Below the pieces are notes generated by a model that was not told the origin of the DNA, did no database searches, and saw nothing but the letters and a program-made list of their open reading frames with translations. A stretch of 64,000 nt of DNA, taken from Verrucomicrobiales bacterium (GTDB lineage: Bacteria > Verrucomicrobiota > Verrucomicrobiia > Verrucomicrobiales > V1-33). The translations under genes and the position numbers were made by a program. Position 1 is the stretch's first letter. Each line of letters begins with the position of its first letter. The DNA lies in assembly GCA_031411295.1 (NCBI GenBank), contig JANOAV010000087.1, forward strand, positions 1-64,000, in the 5' to 3' direction. Shown one piece after another: positions 48,701 to 58,057 of the stretch.

Positions 48701-49470
48701 CCAATGGCCTCGATGCCAGCATCCTTGGCTTTGGCACCAGCGCAAGCCTGGGATGGGCCCGACAAACCTCCGTCACTAATGATGGCGTGGATGCGCTCAA
48801 GTCAGGAGCCATTGGCAATGGCGGCACCAGTGTTCTGCAAACGTGCGTCACTGGACCTGCCACCGTGACGTTTTGGTGGAAAGTTAGTAGCGAACTGGAT
48901 TACGATACCCTCGATCTGCTCTTGGATGGAGGTTTCCAAGACTCCATTTCAGGTGAAGCAGACTGGGCGCAGACTTCGGTGGAAATCCCCTTGGGGCTGC
49001 ATTTGTTGGAATGGCGCTATACTAAAGACTCACAAGATTTAGCTGGGTCGGATGCGGGCTATCTCGATCAAATCACGCTCACGCCGAACGGCTTTCCCGC
49101 CTGGCAGACCGTGCAGTTCTCGCCCGCCCAGCAATCAGCCGCAAGTATTACTGGGCGCCAAGACGATCCCGATAAAGATGGATTCTCCAATTTGCTGGAA
49201 TACGGACTGGGGATGAATCCCAACCTCAACTCGCGCACCGGGCTGCCTGTAAGCACGCGCCAAGGCAACAACCTAGAGTTCACTTATGTAGATGACTGGG
49301 ACCACTTGGATGTTGCGCTCATTCCCGAGGTTTCCTCTGCCCTTGATTCCGCCTGGACCGAAGCAACCCCCACGGAAGTAAGCGTCAGCGGCTCCCTTCA
49401 CACCATGAAAGTCACCATCCCTCTCGGGGTTGGTAAGTCCTTCGTCCGCCTCCGGGTGCAGGAACTGTAG
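45709..49470 (+). CDS. Secreted kexin/furin-like S8 peptidase with P-domain and Ig-like domains
   Basis: GILDDG, HGTAVAG, AGGNG, GGTSGCAP, L.WRDVQ; P-domain VEHV..SPSG..WGE...GTW.L; RKR propeptide junction. Confidence 0.93.
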   Translation: MKNKAIRTLAGALGLFFSAGGMWAGEVTVGKRYVLEDAGQVRSLVVSGQGMAVRPAGGSLRVKNFPKAVDAAGLRERMRQERVAQPNVSEINFLLDEPAVRGTSGKTAPPLILTCQVHVTLQEGATPEAVAQAVGVARVDQPSYAPGQYIFHATDQGGALELMERLRKLPGVKSANAMLARSLRKRFTPNDPFYTYALANPGYQWHLKNSGQRAGVTGVDLNVETAWNTRKGTGVTLGILDDGVEVTHPDLAANYLASASWDFRDNDNDPAPVDTEDNHGTAVAGLAVAVGNNGAGVSGVAPSAKLAAIRIDLNTIPDSQVADALAYKNDVIQIKSNSYGPPDYGYTLEGIGPLTEAALLDGATNGRAGRGTIFVVAGGNGAAEGDNSNYDAFANSIYTIAVGAASDDGTPTYFGEPGANLVVCGLGDNEDDQSITTTDRTGADGYNDGTGSNFADAAYTNDFGGTSGCAPQVAGVVALLLEAKSTLGWRDVQEILISSATKNHATDADWMTNTAGYSFNHKYGAGVANATAALTKANTWTNLGTQTSATLTNAALNLAVPDYPSTVGATTSFNFATQPVLRVEHVTVELNVTHPARGELDVILTSPSGMTSRLAERRDDLTANFNWTFMTVRHWGENSSGTWKLSIIDREKQTTGTLVSATVKIYGTAATAPAAAPTVTSAGTATAMVGVPFSYQITATNAPTSYTVTGLPVSLTVNTTTGLITGTPTATTAINATLKASNGSGLGAGRALAITVSATAGLATGLDNLRTNWVTGGSATWALNTTAGNAHDGIDSAKSANVPANATDGSWSYLKTWVEGPAILRFWWKANTLDAADTLYFYWDGGDPANYIYGANTPYTEDYYYLPAGRHSIRWELYRGYDTTTAGANSTGWVDQVTLTDPNASAPYILRQPINAYAPEGGKTCFSLYAVGQANLSYQWKRGAANVSVNGTSKDLLIQPVPAGSATYTCVISNGVGTTTSTAVNLTVTPTGTAATLANGLDASILGFGTSASLGWARQTSVTNDGVDALKSGAIGNGGTSVLQTCVTGPATVTFWWKVSSELDYDTLDLLLDGGFQDSISGEADWAQTSVEIPLGLHLLEWRYTKDSQDLAGSDAGYLDQITLTPNGFPAWQTVQFSPAQQSAASITGRQDDPDKDGFSNLLEYGLGMNPNLNSRTGLPVSTRQGNNLEFTYVDDWDHLDVALIPEVSSALDSAWTEATPTEVSVSGSLHTMKVTIPLGVGKSFVRLRVQEL

Positions 49471-49487
49471 GAGAAGCAGCGCCCACC

Positions 49488-49868
<381 letters not shown>

Positions 49869-49988
49869 TTATTTACTACGTTCTAAAGGATGGAGCCGTC
49901 CTTGCCAACTGATTTTCTGAGCAAAACCGTCGATTTAGCCCACGTTTCCTCATTGGGCTCGAGCTGGTAGGGAACTTGGTTTCCGGGC

Positions 49989-51110
49989 CTACGGGGCTTC
50001 CACAGGAGCTAATTTGGCCCCGCTGCGGATGCGGGCCTGCCCATTGATGATTACGCTGTCCTCTGGTTTGAGCCCCTCCCGAACCACGCGATACCCATTA
50101 AATAATCCACCCAAGACCACGGGGCGGATCTCTGCGGTGTTGGTGGGACTGACCACGAAGATGAATTTCTGTGAGAGATCCGTGCCGATGGCGGAGTCCG
50201 GCACCAGCAGTGCTTCATACGGAGCGCTGCCCGGAATGCGCACCCGGGCGAAAAAGCCTGGACTTAGCGGCCGCCCTTCATTCTTGAAAACGCCCCGGCA
50301 ACGAATCGTTCCCGTGCTTGGATCCAATTTGTTATCCACGAAATCGATTTCGCCTTGATGAGGCCAGCCCGTCTCGTCCGTCAGCGCCATTTCACAGGGG
50401 ATGGTGGTATCCAAGGCGCTGGTGCGCTTTCCTTCCTGACGCAATTTCCGATACCGCAGTGAGGCTTGTTCATCGACGTCGATGTAGCAATAAATGGGAT
50501 CCACGGAGACAATGGTGGCCAGCAGGGTGGAGGCACTAGCGTTAGCTCCTCCCGAGATGAGATTGCCTTTGGTGACCAAGGCACGGCCGATTTTTCCTGC
50601 AATCGGGCTGCGGATTTCGGTGAATTCCAAATTGAGCTGCGCAATCTCCACGGCGGCTTGAGCGGCACGAATGCTGGCCTGCGCTTCGACATTGGCCGAA
50701 GCCTTGGCATCGAAATCCTGCTGTGAGACCGCCTGTTTTCCCAGCAACTCCTCGGCCCGGTCCATTTCACTGGCGGCCAACTTAGCCCGACTGGCTGCAC
50801 GTTCGGCCTCTGCTTCCGCTTTGTTTAATTCTGCTTGATAGGACCTCCGGTCAATCGTGCACAGCAACTCCCCAGCCTTCACAGCACGGCCTTCCGTGAA
50901 ATGGATTTGCTCCAAATACCCCGACACGCGCGCCCGAATCTCCACGGATTCCTTAGCCTCCAAGCGGCCGGAGAATTCGTCCCATTCCGTGATCGTCTCC
51001 TTTTCGGGTTTAGCCACCGTAACCGCCGCAGGCCCGGCTACAGGAAGCGTGGCGGGTGGCGGACTGCAACTGGGAAGCAATAATAAAGCGAGCAGGGGGA
51101 GGCGTGACAT
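49989..51110 (-). CDS. RND efflux periplasmic adaptor (lipoprotein)
   Basis: Lipobox LLPSC; VEIRARVSGY, IRSPI.G.IG, DN.LD.STGT, PGFFARVR. Confidence 0.92.
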   Translation of the reverse strand: MSRLPLLALLLLPSCSPPPATLPVAGPAAVTVAKPEKETITEWDEFSGRLEAKESVEIRARVSGYLEQIHFTEGRAVKAGELLCTIDRRSYQAELNKAEAEAERAASRAKLAASEMDRAEELLGKQAVSQQDFDAKASANVEAQASIRAAQAAVEIAQLNLEFTEIRSPIAGKIGRALVTKGNLISGGANASASTLLATIVSVDPIYCYIDVDEQASLRYRKLRQEGKRTSALDTTIPCEMALTDETGWPHQGEIDFVDNKLDPSTGTIRCRGVFKNEGRPLSPGFFARVRIPGSAPYEALLVPDSAIGTDLSQKFIFVVSPTNTAEIRPVVLGGLFNGYRVVREGLKPEDSVIINGQARIRSGAKLAPVEAP

Positions 51111-51391
51111 GACACCCCACGATGGGTTCATCAGGGATAAATGCAATCCCCTTGGCGCGGAGAGTTTTGCTGGCGGAGGATGGCGGGGTCATGGCGGACG
51201 AAATTACATTTGAAAACCTGCGCTGTTGTGGTAGGAGATTAGCAACATGATTTTCACGGCGTTCCATTCCTAATTCTCCCGAGCCTGGCCCAGGCTCTTT
51301 CCACTCGCGTGCCTGCTTGAGGCACGAAGTCTGCATCCGCCTGCCACAAACTTGGAGGCGATGTTCATTTAGGATCAATCGGAGAATTATT

Positions 51392-52693
51392 ATGTCCACG
51401 CTACGCGTCCCCCAGAGCGGGGTGACCTGTGCGTCCAGTCTTGTCGTCACTAATATCATCGACGGCAAACCATGGACCGCAGCTTCCATCAAAAACAACC
51501 ATTTGCGGCAACATTGCCACATCCTCGGCCGCGCCTTTGCGAAGCCGAACCAGCTCACTGACACCCTCAAACCCAGCTTCCGCCGCCTCCTGTGCATCGC
51601 GACGCAGCGCAGTCATTTGTTGACGCATTTCCATCCCGACAAACTGGATTGCGTCACGCTGTTGCTGCGGGTCGCGAATTATGCGGATCGTTGGCTCAGG
51701 CCGCCTGAGAGTTGGCAGCCGGACCAAACGGTTCCTCCTGCCAGCCAATGGCGCAGTCTTTTGGCCCACTTGTTTCAAGCGTATCCCTTGCCGGAATTTT
51801 TCGATTCTGCTTGGTTTACGTTTGGGGCGCTGGCCCATTTGGAGCGGGATTGGTATTGCCACGTGGCGGCAGGCGGCAGCCTGCGTCGTGCCCCAGGCAT
51901 GCCACGGAGCGTCAGCGCGCGCGCCCTTCATCGCATGCTGCGGGCCCCGGGTAAGCTGACCATCCGGCAGGCTCTGCGCTGGGGCCAAGCTCAGGCGGCG
52001 GGATGTTCGCGTCGGCTCACTTGGGAAATCCTCCGCAGCGCCATGGTAAATGATTTATCCCATGATGGTCTCTGGTCCCGGCTTTTACAGAAAATCGCTG
52101 CGGCAGCGCATTTTCCAGCCCGGGATTGGAGTCTGCTCGTGGATGGGCTGCAATACACCCTGAAGCGCGAAGGACTTCCCAAGGCTTTGCGGCTGCTGGA
52201 CCTGCCGTGGCGGGATCTGCGGAATCACTGCCGTATGCTTTTCGTATCGTGCCTGCATGTCTTGCAGTCGGATGGCGGAATTTTCGGGGAAGTGCACCTC
52301 AAGAAATCGGCGTTTCGTCAGGAGTTGCTCCACCTGGCACAGGCGGTCTGGCCTACCATGCCCAAGGCCAATCGAGTGGCCATCATTTACGATCCAGACA
52401 CGATCTGGTCCTTTCATGAACTCAACAGCCTCAGCCAGCTCTTGCTCGAAACCAAAATCCATAAACATTGCGTCGCCAGTTATCGCAAGCACTGCCAATC
52501 TGGCAGCTCCGCGATCTTCAGTATGCGCGGTCAATCCGTCCACTCGGCGGACGTCACCCGCAGACTAACATTGGAAGTGGACCGCCGATCCCGGGAAATC
52601 ACCCAAGTTCGGGGCCGCTGGAACCGCCGTGCTTATGATGCGGAGAACCGGGCCATTGCCAGATGGGCGGAGCAGAATAAATTAACTTACTAG
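51392..52693 (+). CDS. PcfJ domain-containing protein
   Basis: WLRP.E.W, SL..HLF..YP.P.F, C-terminal L..E....HCVASY...C..G...IFS.R, TLEV, Q.RG..N. Confidence 0.85.
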   Translation: MSTLRVPQSGVTCASSLVVTNIIDGKPWTAASIKNNHLRQHCHILGRAFAKPNQLTDTLKPSFRRLLCIATQRSHLLTHFHPDKLDCVTLLLRVANYADRWLRPPESWQPDQTVPPASQWRSLLAHLFQAYPLPEFFDSAWFTFGALAHLERDWYCHVAAGGSLRRAPGMPRSVSARALHRMLRAPGKLTIRQALRWGQAQAAGCSRRLTWEILRSAMVNDLSHDGLWSRLLQKIAAAAHFPARDWSLLVDGLQYTLKREGLPKALRLLDLPWRDLRNHCRMLFVSCLHVLQSDGGIFGEVHLKKSAFRQELLHLAQAVWPTMPKANRVAIIYDPDTIWSFHELNSLSQLLLETKIHKHCVASYRKHCQSGSSAIFSMRGQSVHSADVTRRLTLEVDRRSREITQVRGRWNRRAYDAENRAIARWAEQNKLTY

Positions 52694-52694
52694 C

Positions 52695-53294
52695 CTAAAC
52701 CCTATTGAGCAAAGCCAACGCCTCTTGAAACAACGCCAACTCCGCCAGCAGCCGCTCCATCGGCAAGCCCACCACATTGGACAACGAACCCTCGAAGTGA
52801 TCGATGATCATGTCTCCGTGGTCCTGCGCGGCATAGCCGCCCGCCTTGTCGAGCGGATGAATCAGGGAAAGGTAAGTCGAAATTTCGGCATCGGTTAGCT
52901 CGCGAAACACCACCCGCGTGACGACCGCGAAATGCACGGCCCGCCGCGTGGCCTCGTGCACCAGCGAGACTGCAGTGCCCACCTCGTGCGCCCGGCCGGA
53001 GAGTTTGCGAATCATCGCCTGAGCTTCGGCTAGGGTGGCGGGTTTCCCCAGCGCGCAACCGTCCACGGAGACCAGCGTGTCCGCCCCGATCACGATTGCG
53101 TGTGGGTGCGCCTCCGCCACACTGCGCGCCTTGAGTTCTGCATTGAGTCGCGTCAGCTGAACCAACGGCATTTCCTCCACATGAATCTCTTCCACAGGCA
53201 CCGTAACAACCCGAAAACTCACCGCTGCCTCCTCCAGCAATTGACTGCGGCGGGGGGAAGTGGAGGATAGAATGAGTTCGGGTGGGGGATTCAT
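52695..53294 (-). CDS. maf: Maf family nucleotide pyrophosphatase
   Basis: LILSSTSPRR, IGADT, LGKP, DKAGGY, SNVVGLP. Confidence 0.95.
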   Translation of the reverse strand: MNPPPELILSSTSPRRSQLLEEAAVSFRVVTVPVEEIHVEEMPLVQLTRLNAELKARSVAEAHPHAIVIGADTLVSVDGCALGKPATLAEAQAMIRKLSGRAHEVGTAVSLVHEATRRAVHFAVVTRVVFRELTDAEISTYLSLIHPLDKAGGYAAQDHGDMIIDHFEGSLSNVVGLPMERLLAELALFQEALALLNRV

Positions 53295-53359
53295 GTGGGG
53301 CGCAGCATGGAGAGGACTGGGGGACTGGCAACTGGCAGGATGCGGCAGCGCAGAAACCA

Positions 53360-53729
53360 GAAAGTAATCATCATCGCTCCGCGTGATGACCAGCACGACT
53401 CACCCGCCCCAGAAATATCGCGGATGCCCCAAAGCCCACGTGCCCACTCCCCGCCGTCCTGCGCTGGCCGGACGCGGTGCGAACTTGCATGGTCCACCCC
53501 ACGACTGCCGTCACGCGGAGCGATGACGGCTACTTTCCGGATGCGCCTCGGAAAGTAGTCATCATCGCTCCGCGTGATGACCAGCACGACTCACCCGCCC
53601 CAGAAATATCGCGGATGCCCCAAAGCCCACGTGCCCACTCCCCGCCGTCCTGCGCTGGCCGGACGTGGTGCGAACTTGCATGGTCCACCTCACGACTGCC
53701 GTCACGCGGAGCGATGACGGCTACTTTCC
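53360..53729. repeat. Two tandem ~191-bp REPIN units
   Basis: Units start at 53360 and 53551, each bounded by inverted REPs GAAAGTAGTCATCATCGCTCCGCGTGATG and CGTCACGCGGAGCGATGACGGCTACTTTC. Confidence 0.9.
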
Positions 53730-53842
53730 ATCCTGCAAAAATCCTCCCTGCGGACCCACGGAAAACTGGATCTTTCGTCCTTGTCCAAGGTCGAGAAGCC
53801 CCCTAGGTTCGCCCCAATCAATTAACCATCCCAACTCCCCAC

Positions 53843-54850
53843 ATGAGATCCCGCCTCCTTGGTTGCTTCACCACCTTTGCCGTTCTGCTGCTCGTTGTTA
53901 GCGTGGCGTTGAACGTCTTCTTCGCTATGTTCCACTTTGGCAGTGAGCCGGAGCGTGGGCTCAAACCTCTGCCTGAGGAAGTGGTGCTGGCCGCCACCGC
54001 CAAGGTAGCTCCCGCAAAGATTGTCCAGATCGATATTGCGGGCATCATTTCCAACGATGCTCCGGTGCGTGGCAGTGGCGGATCCAACATGGTGGATGAA
54101 ACGAAGCGCGCCCTGCGTCAAGCCGTGGCGGACCCGGGCGTCAAGGCCATCGTCATCCGCGTGGATTCTCCGGGCGGAGAAGTCACCGCCAGCGATACGC
54201 TTTACCATGCCGTGCAGGAGGCACAGGCGAAGAAGCCAGTCATCATTTACATGGATAGCATGGCAGCTAGCGGTGGTTACTATTTGTCTTGCGGGGCTTC
54301 CAAGATTGTCGCCAACGAGAACACTTGGACCGGCAGCATCGGCGTGATTGTGCAGGGCGTTGGCTACGGGGATGCCCTGGCCAAATTGGGCTTGGAAATG
54401 CGGGTCTTCCGCAGCGGAAATTTCAAGGACACCTTTTACGGTCAGCGCAAAATGACGCCTGAGGAAGAAACGTATGTGCAAGCCATGGTGATGCAGACGT
54501 ATGACCGCTTCGTCAATATTGTTTCCACCGCCCGGAAAATTCCGGTGGAGAAACTCAAGGCGGAGATTGCGGATGGGCGGGTTTATTCTGGAGCCGAAGC
54601 ACTCAAGTTGGGATTGATCGACAAGACGGGCTATCTGGAAACAGCCTACGAGATGGCCAAGGAAGCCGCTGGCGTGAAGGATGCGGAGATCGTGCGCTAT
54701 GCCCATCACAGCGGCGTGCTGGACCTCATTGGCCTCAGCGCCAAGGCCGCTGGCACGCCGGATAAAATTGAGTTGGATGTCACCAGCAGTCTGGTGCCGA
54801 AGCTCCAGGCCGGCCGCTGCTATTTGCTGCCGGCCTCCTACGTGCAGTAA
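53843..54850 (+). CDS. sppA: Signal peptide peptidase SppA (S49)
   Basis: DSPGG, MAASGGYY, TGSIGV, ADGRVY.G. Confidence 0.95.
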   Translation: MRSRLLGCFTTFAVLLLVVSVALNVFFAMFHFGSEPERGLKPLPEEVVLAATAKVAPAKIVQIDIAGIISNDAPVRGSGGSNMVDETKRALRQAVADPGVKAIVIRVDSPGGEVTASDTLYHAVQEAQAKKPVIIYMDSMAASGGYYLSCGASKIVANENTWTGSIGVIVQGVGYGDALAKLGLEMRVFRSGNFKDTFYGQRKMTPEEETYVQAMVMQTYDRFVNIVSTARKIPVEKLKAEIADGRVYSGAEALKLGLIDKTGYLETAYEMAKEAAGVKDAEIVRYAHHSGVLDLIGLSAKAAGTPDKIELDVTSSLVPKLQAGRCYLLPASYVQ

Positions 54851-54868
54851 ATTTACTCCCCTCATTCC

Positions 54869-55726
54869 GTGCCTGAAACTGAGTTCCGCATCCTCTCGCA
54901 AATTGGTCTGGCCTGCCTGTTAATGCTGCCATGGGGCCTGCTGATGTTTGCCCCGCAACGACGTTTCGCCTTCGTCAACCAGACAGAAGGCCCGGCGGAT
55001 CAGCCAGCACCTTATCGGCTGGGTTGGGCTGACTTCATGGCCAGTGTCCTGCTCTGCGGATTAATCGCCCTCATGGGTTTCGCAGGCAAGGCAGCCGCAT
55101 TGGCCAAGCCAGCGGTGGAGCATGACGTGGCCGTTCCACCGATCTCCCTTGGCGTGCTGTTCGCTAGTATTCTGGTGTCGCAGGGGATGCCAGTTGCCAT
55201 CGCCTGGGCCTGGTTCTCCCTGCGGCAGACCTCCTTGGTGTCAGTGTTTGGCCTGCGGAAATATTCGCTGCTCGCAAGCCTGGGCAAGGCGGCCCTGATG
55301 ATCGTTCCCGCAGGCATTACTGCTATGTTAGGATTGGTGGTTGGCTCGATGATTCTGCAACATCTCGGCTGGCCGATGCAGGAACAGGATGCGGTGGCGA
55401 TGCTGAAATCCCAACAATCGTTCCTGGTTAGCGCGCTCCTGGTGTTGGGAGCTTGCGTGGGGGCTCCCGTGATGGAGGAAATCTTATTTCGAGGATTCCT
55501 GTATGGCTCGCTGCGAAACTTGACGAACAAGTGGTTTGCAGCCGTGGTGTCGGGCGTGATCTTCGGAGTGATCCACCTGCACTTAGGAAGTTTGGCAGGA
55601 CTTTGTTTGCTGGGCTTTTTCTTTGCGGTGGCATACGAGGTCACGGGTTCGCTGTTGGTGTGCATCTTCATGCACGCACTCTTCAACAGCGTGCAAACCG
55701 TCATGGCCTACACTTTAAAAGGCTAA
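54869..55726 (+). CDS. CPBP (Abi/CAAX) intramembrane metalloprotease
   Basis: EEILFRG, FGVIH, HALFN. Confidence 0.92.
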   Translation: MPETEFRILSQIGLACLLMLPWGLLMFAPQRRFAFVNQTEGPADQPAPYRLGWADFMASVLLCGLIALMGFAGKAAALAKPAVEHDVAVPPISLGVLFASILVSQGMPVAIAWAWFSLRQTSLVSVFGLRKYSLLASLGKAALMIVPAGITAMLGLVVGSMILQHLGWPMQEQDAVAMLKSQQSFLVSALLVLGACVGAPVMEEILFRGFLYGSLRNLTNKWFAAVVSGVIFGVIHLHLGSLAGLCLLGFFFAVAYEVTGSLLVCIFMHALFNSVQTVMAYTLKG

Positions 55727-55728
55727 CC

Positions 55729-56631
55729 ATGGCTCCGCGAATCCAGACCCTGGCCGATCTGGGCGAGGATGAGATCATCCGGCGGATCACCCATGGCCTG
55801 CCGCTGAGCGCCCGCACGCTGGCGGGGGCGGGAGATGATTGCGCGGTCCTGCGCACGGCCGATCCGCAGCGACTCCAATTGTTCAAGACCGATTGCATCA
55901 TCGAGCAGGTTCATTTCCTGCCCACCGCTCCGGCTCAGAAGATTGGTTGGAAGGCGCTTTGCCGTTGCATCAGCGATATTGCCGCCATGGGCGGGCAACC
56001 GACGGAAGCAGTGATTACGGTGGCGGCCCCCAAGGATTTTCCCTGGCCTCGGTTGCGGGAGATTTATCAAGGACTAACCAAAGCCGCCAAACGCTACGGA
56101 GTGGCTCTGGTGGGCGGAGAAACGTCCTCCGTGCCCGCTGGAGCGCCCTTGTTTCTATCCATCGCGATGCTGGGCGAGGTGCCCCCAGCCCGACTTGTGC
56201 AGCGCTCGGGTGGTCGCTCAGGTGATGTCATTTTCGTGACGGGAGTTCTGGGGGGATCGATTGCTGGCTGGCATTTAAATTTCACTCCACGCTTGGCGGA
56301 AGCGCAGTGGCTGACACAACATTTCCGGCCCACGGCCATGATGGATCTCAGCGATGGTTTGGGTTCCGATCTGCCGCGTCTGGCACAAGCGAGTAAGCGA
56401 GGATTTAGCATCGACGAAGCGCTGCTACCAAAGCGCAAAGGCTGCACGATCGACCAAGCGCTGAGAGATGGTGAGGATTACGAACTCCTCTTCACGCTTC
56501 CAGCAAATGATGCGGCTGCGCTCCAAAGCGCTTGGAAAAAACAGTTCCCCCGCCTCCGCTTAACACCCATCGGACAATTGACCGCGGCTGGTCAGCAGAA
56601 CGTCGGAAACGGATGGAATCACTTTCACTAG
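55729..56631 (+). CDS. thiL: Thiamine-monophosphate kinase
   Basis: GDDCAV, SDIAAMGG, LVGGET, MDLSDGL, GEDYELLFT. Confidence 0.95.
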   Translation: MAPRIQTLADLGEDEIIRRITHGLPLSARTLAGAGDDCAVLRTADPQRLQLFKTDCIIEQVHFLPTAPAQKIGWKALCRCISDIAAMGGQPTEAVITVAAPKDFPWPRLREIYQGLTKAAKRYGVALVGGETSSVPAGAPLFLSIAMLGEVPPARLVQRSGGRSGDVIFVTGVLGGSIAGWHLNFTPRLAEAQWLTQHFRPTAMMDLSDGLGSDLPRLAQASKRGFSIDEALLPKRKGCTIDQALRDGEDYELLFTLPANDAAALQSAWKKQFPRLRLTPIGQLTAAGQQNVGNGWNHFH

Positions 56632-56632
56632 C

Positions 56633-57757
56633 ATGAAATTACTCGCTCTGGTTTGCAGCCTCTTTCTGCTCAACCTGGCCACCGCGGAGGTTGCGTTTCA
56701 GGTGCCGACAACAGTGGGCGAATGGAAGGCCGGAGCGAAGTTTCCCCCGGAAGCCACCATCTGGTTAGCCGCTGAGCAACTGCCTGCTGCGCCCGGCGGG
56801 ATGGCCATTCCAGTCGCTGGAGCCGGCTGTTATCTCTTTTGCCAGCGGCGGGATTCCTTTTCCCAAAAGTGGACCACCCGGGTCTATTACGCTCCGCAGC
56901 CGGAGGCCTTCGATCTCAAAGGAGCCAACCCCGAAGCACTGCACTTGGTGGCGGAATTTCCCAGCCGGATTACCCGCATTGTCCAAGCCGGAGAGCATTG
57001 GTGGCTTGTGCGCGCCACTGCCAGCGGCAAGGAATCTGTCGCCTTGGAATGGCAGAATTTAACTCCCCCAGAGCCTGCTTCCAACCTTGCTGGCAAACTC
57101 CGGGTGGCCTTGTATGATGATACCGGAAGTGCCGGTCAAGGAGTGCCCAAATGTGTCGCCCACTTGGCCCGCGCGCCCCATCTGGAACTCACGCGACTGA
57201 CTCGCGAGGACGTCCGGGCCGGACTCAGTGGTTATCATGTGGTGATTTTTTCCGGAGGCAGTGGCAGTCGCCAGGCCGGGGCTTTGGGGCTCACGGGACG
57301 AGAACAGGTGAGGCGCTTCGTCGAAGCCGGCGGCGGTTATGTTGGGATTTGTGCCGGGGCTTATTTGGCGTGTGATGGCTACCCATGGAGCGTTCACTTG
57401 TTAGACGCCCGGACCCCGAAGGTATCCTCGGATCGAGGCAAGGGGGAGTTGAAGGTGGAGGCCACAAAGCTGGGACAAGAATGTTTGTCGCTGCCTCTGC
57501 GCAGCCGCCTCGTTTACCATAACGGTCCCGTTTTGTTGCCGGGAGAAAATCCCTCCATCCCCGACTTCGAAATCCTGGCCTACTTCCGCAGTGAAGTCAG
57601 CAGAATCCCCGAACAAGCGGGCCTTCTGATCAACGCTCCGGCCATCGTTCGCAGCACCTACGGCAGAGGAAAAGTCCTGCTGAGCAGCCCGCACCCGGAG
57701 CAAACAGATGGCTTCGAAACTTGGGTGGAGCAGGCGGTGCGGGCGGTGGCTCCGTAA
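56633..57757 (+). CDS. Secreted protein with a BPL_N / class I glutamine amidotransferase-like domain
   Basis: GG.YVGICAGAY, Y.NGP, SPHPE. Confidence 0.8.
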   Translation: MKLLALVCSLFLLNLATAEVAFQVPTTVGEWKAGAKFPPEATIWLAAEQLPAAPGGMAIPVAGAGCYLFCQRRDSFSQKWTTRVYYAPQPEAFDLKGANPEALHLVAEFPSRITRIVQAGEHWWLVRATASGKESVALEWQNLTPPEPASNLAGKLRVALYDDTGSAGQGVPKCVAHLARAPHLELTRLTREDVRAGLSGYHVVIFSGGSGSRQAGALGLTGREQVRRFVEAGGGYVGICAGAYLACDGYPWSVHLLDARTPKVSSDRGKGELKVEATKLGQECLSLPLRSRLVYHNGPVLLPGENPSIPDFEILAYFRSEVSRIPEQAGLLINAPAIVRSTYGRGKVLLSSPHPEQTDGFETWVEQAVRAVAP

Positions 57758-57887
57758 GGTAGATCCCCTGCCAAAGCAAAACTCAGGATCAAAACAAACC
57801 GGATGTCCTGCACGCCGATTTGGGGAAATGCGACGCACAGGACTTACCGATTCACTAACGTAATTGTCACTACCAATTACATTATCA

Positions 57888-57915
57888 AGAATAGCCTGAG
57901 TATATCGTTTGTCAA
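57888..57915 (-). promoter_or_regulatory. Near-consensus sigma70 promoter with no downstream CDS
   Basis: Minus strand TTGACA-16 bp-TATTCT. Confidence 0.55.
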
Positions 57916-58057
57916 TACACAATCGAAAGATTTTCCATTTTTTTTCCGGGACGACCGAGGTAAAGCCGGCTGCGGTAGTTTACGCAAATGAATTTCCCTC
58001 CCCCTCGTTTCGCAATCCTAGCTTGCCGCCGTTCCAAAATGGCGCTATGACCCAAGG

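Noticed and set aside
53291..53806. ORFs within the maf-sppA spacer and the extended Maf start
   Set aside because: They are translations of the REPIN duplication.
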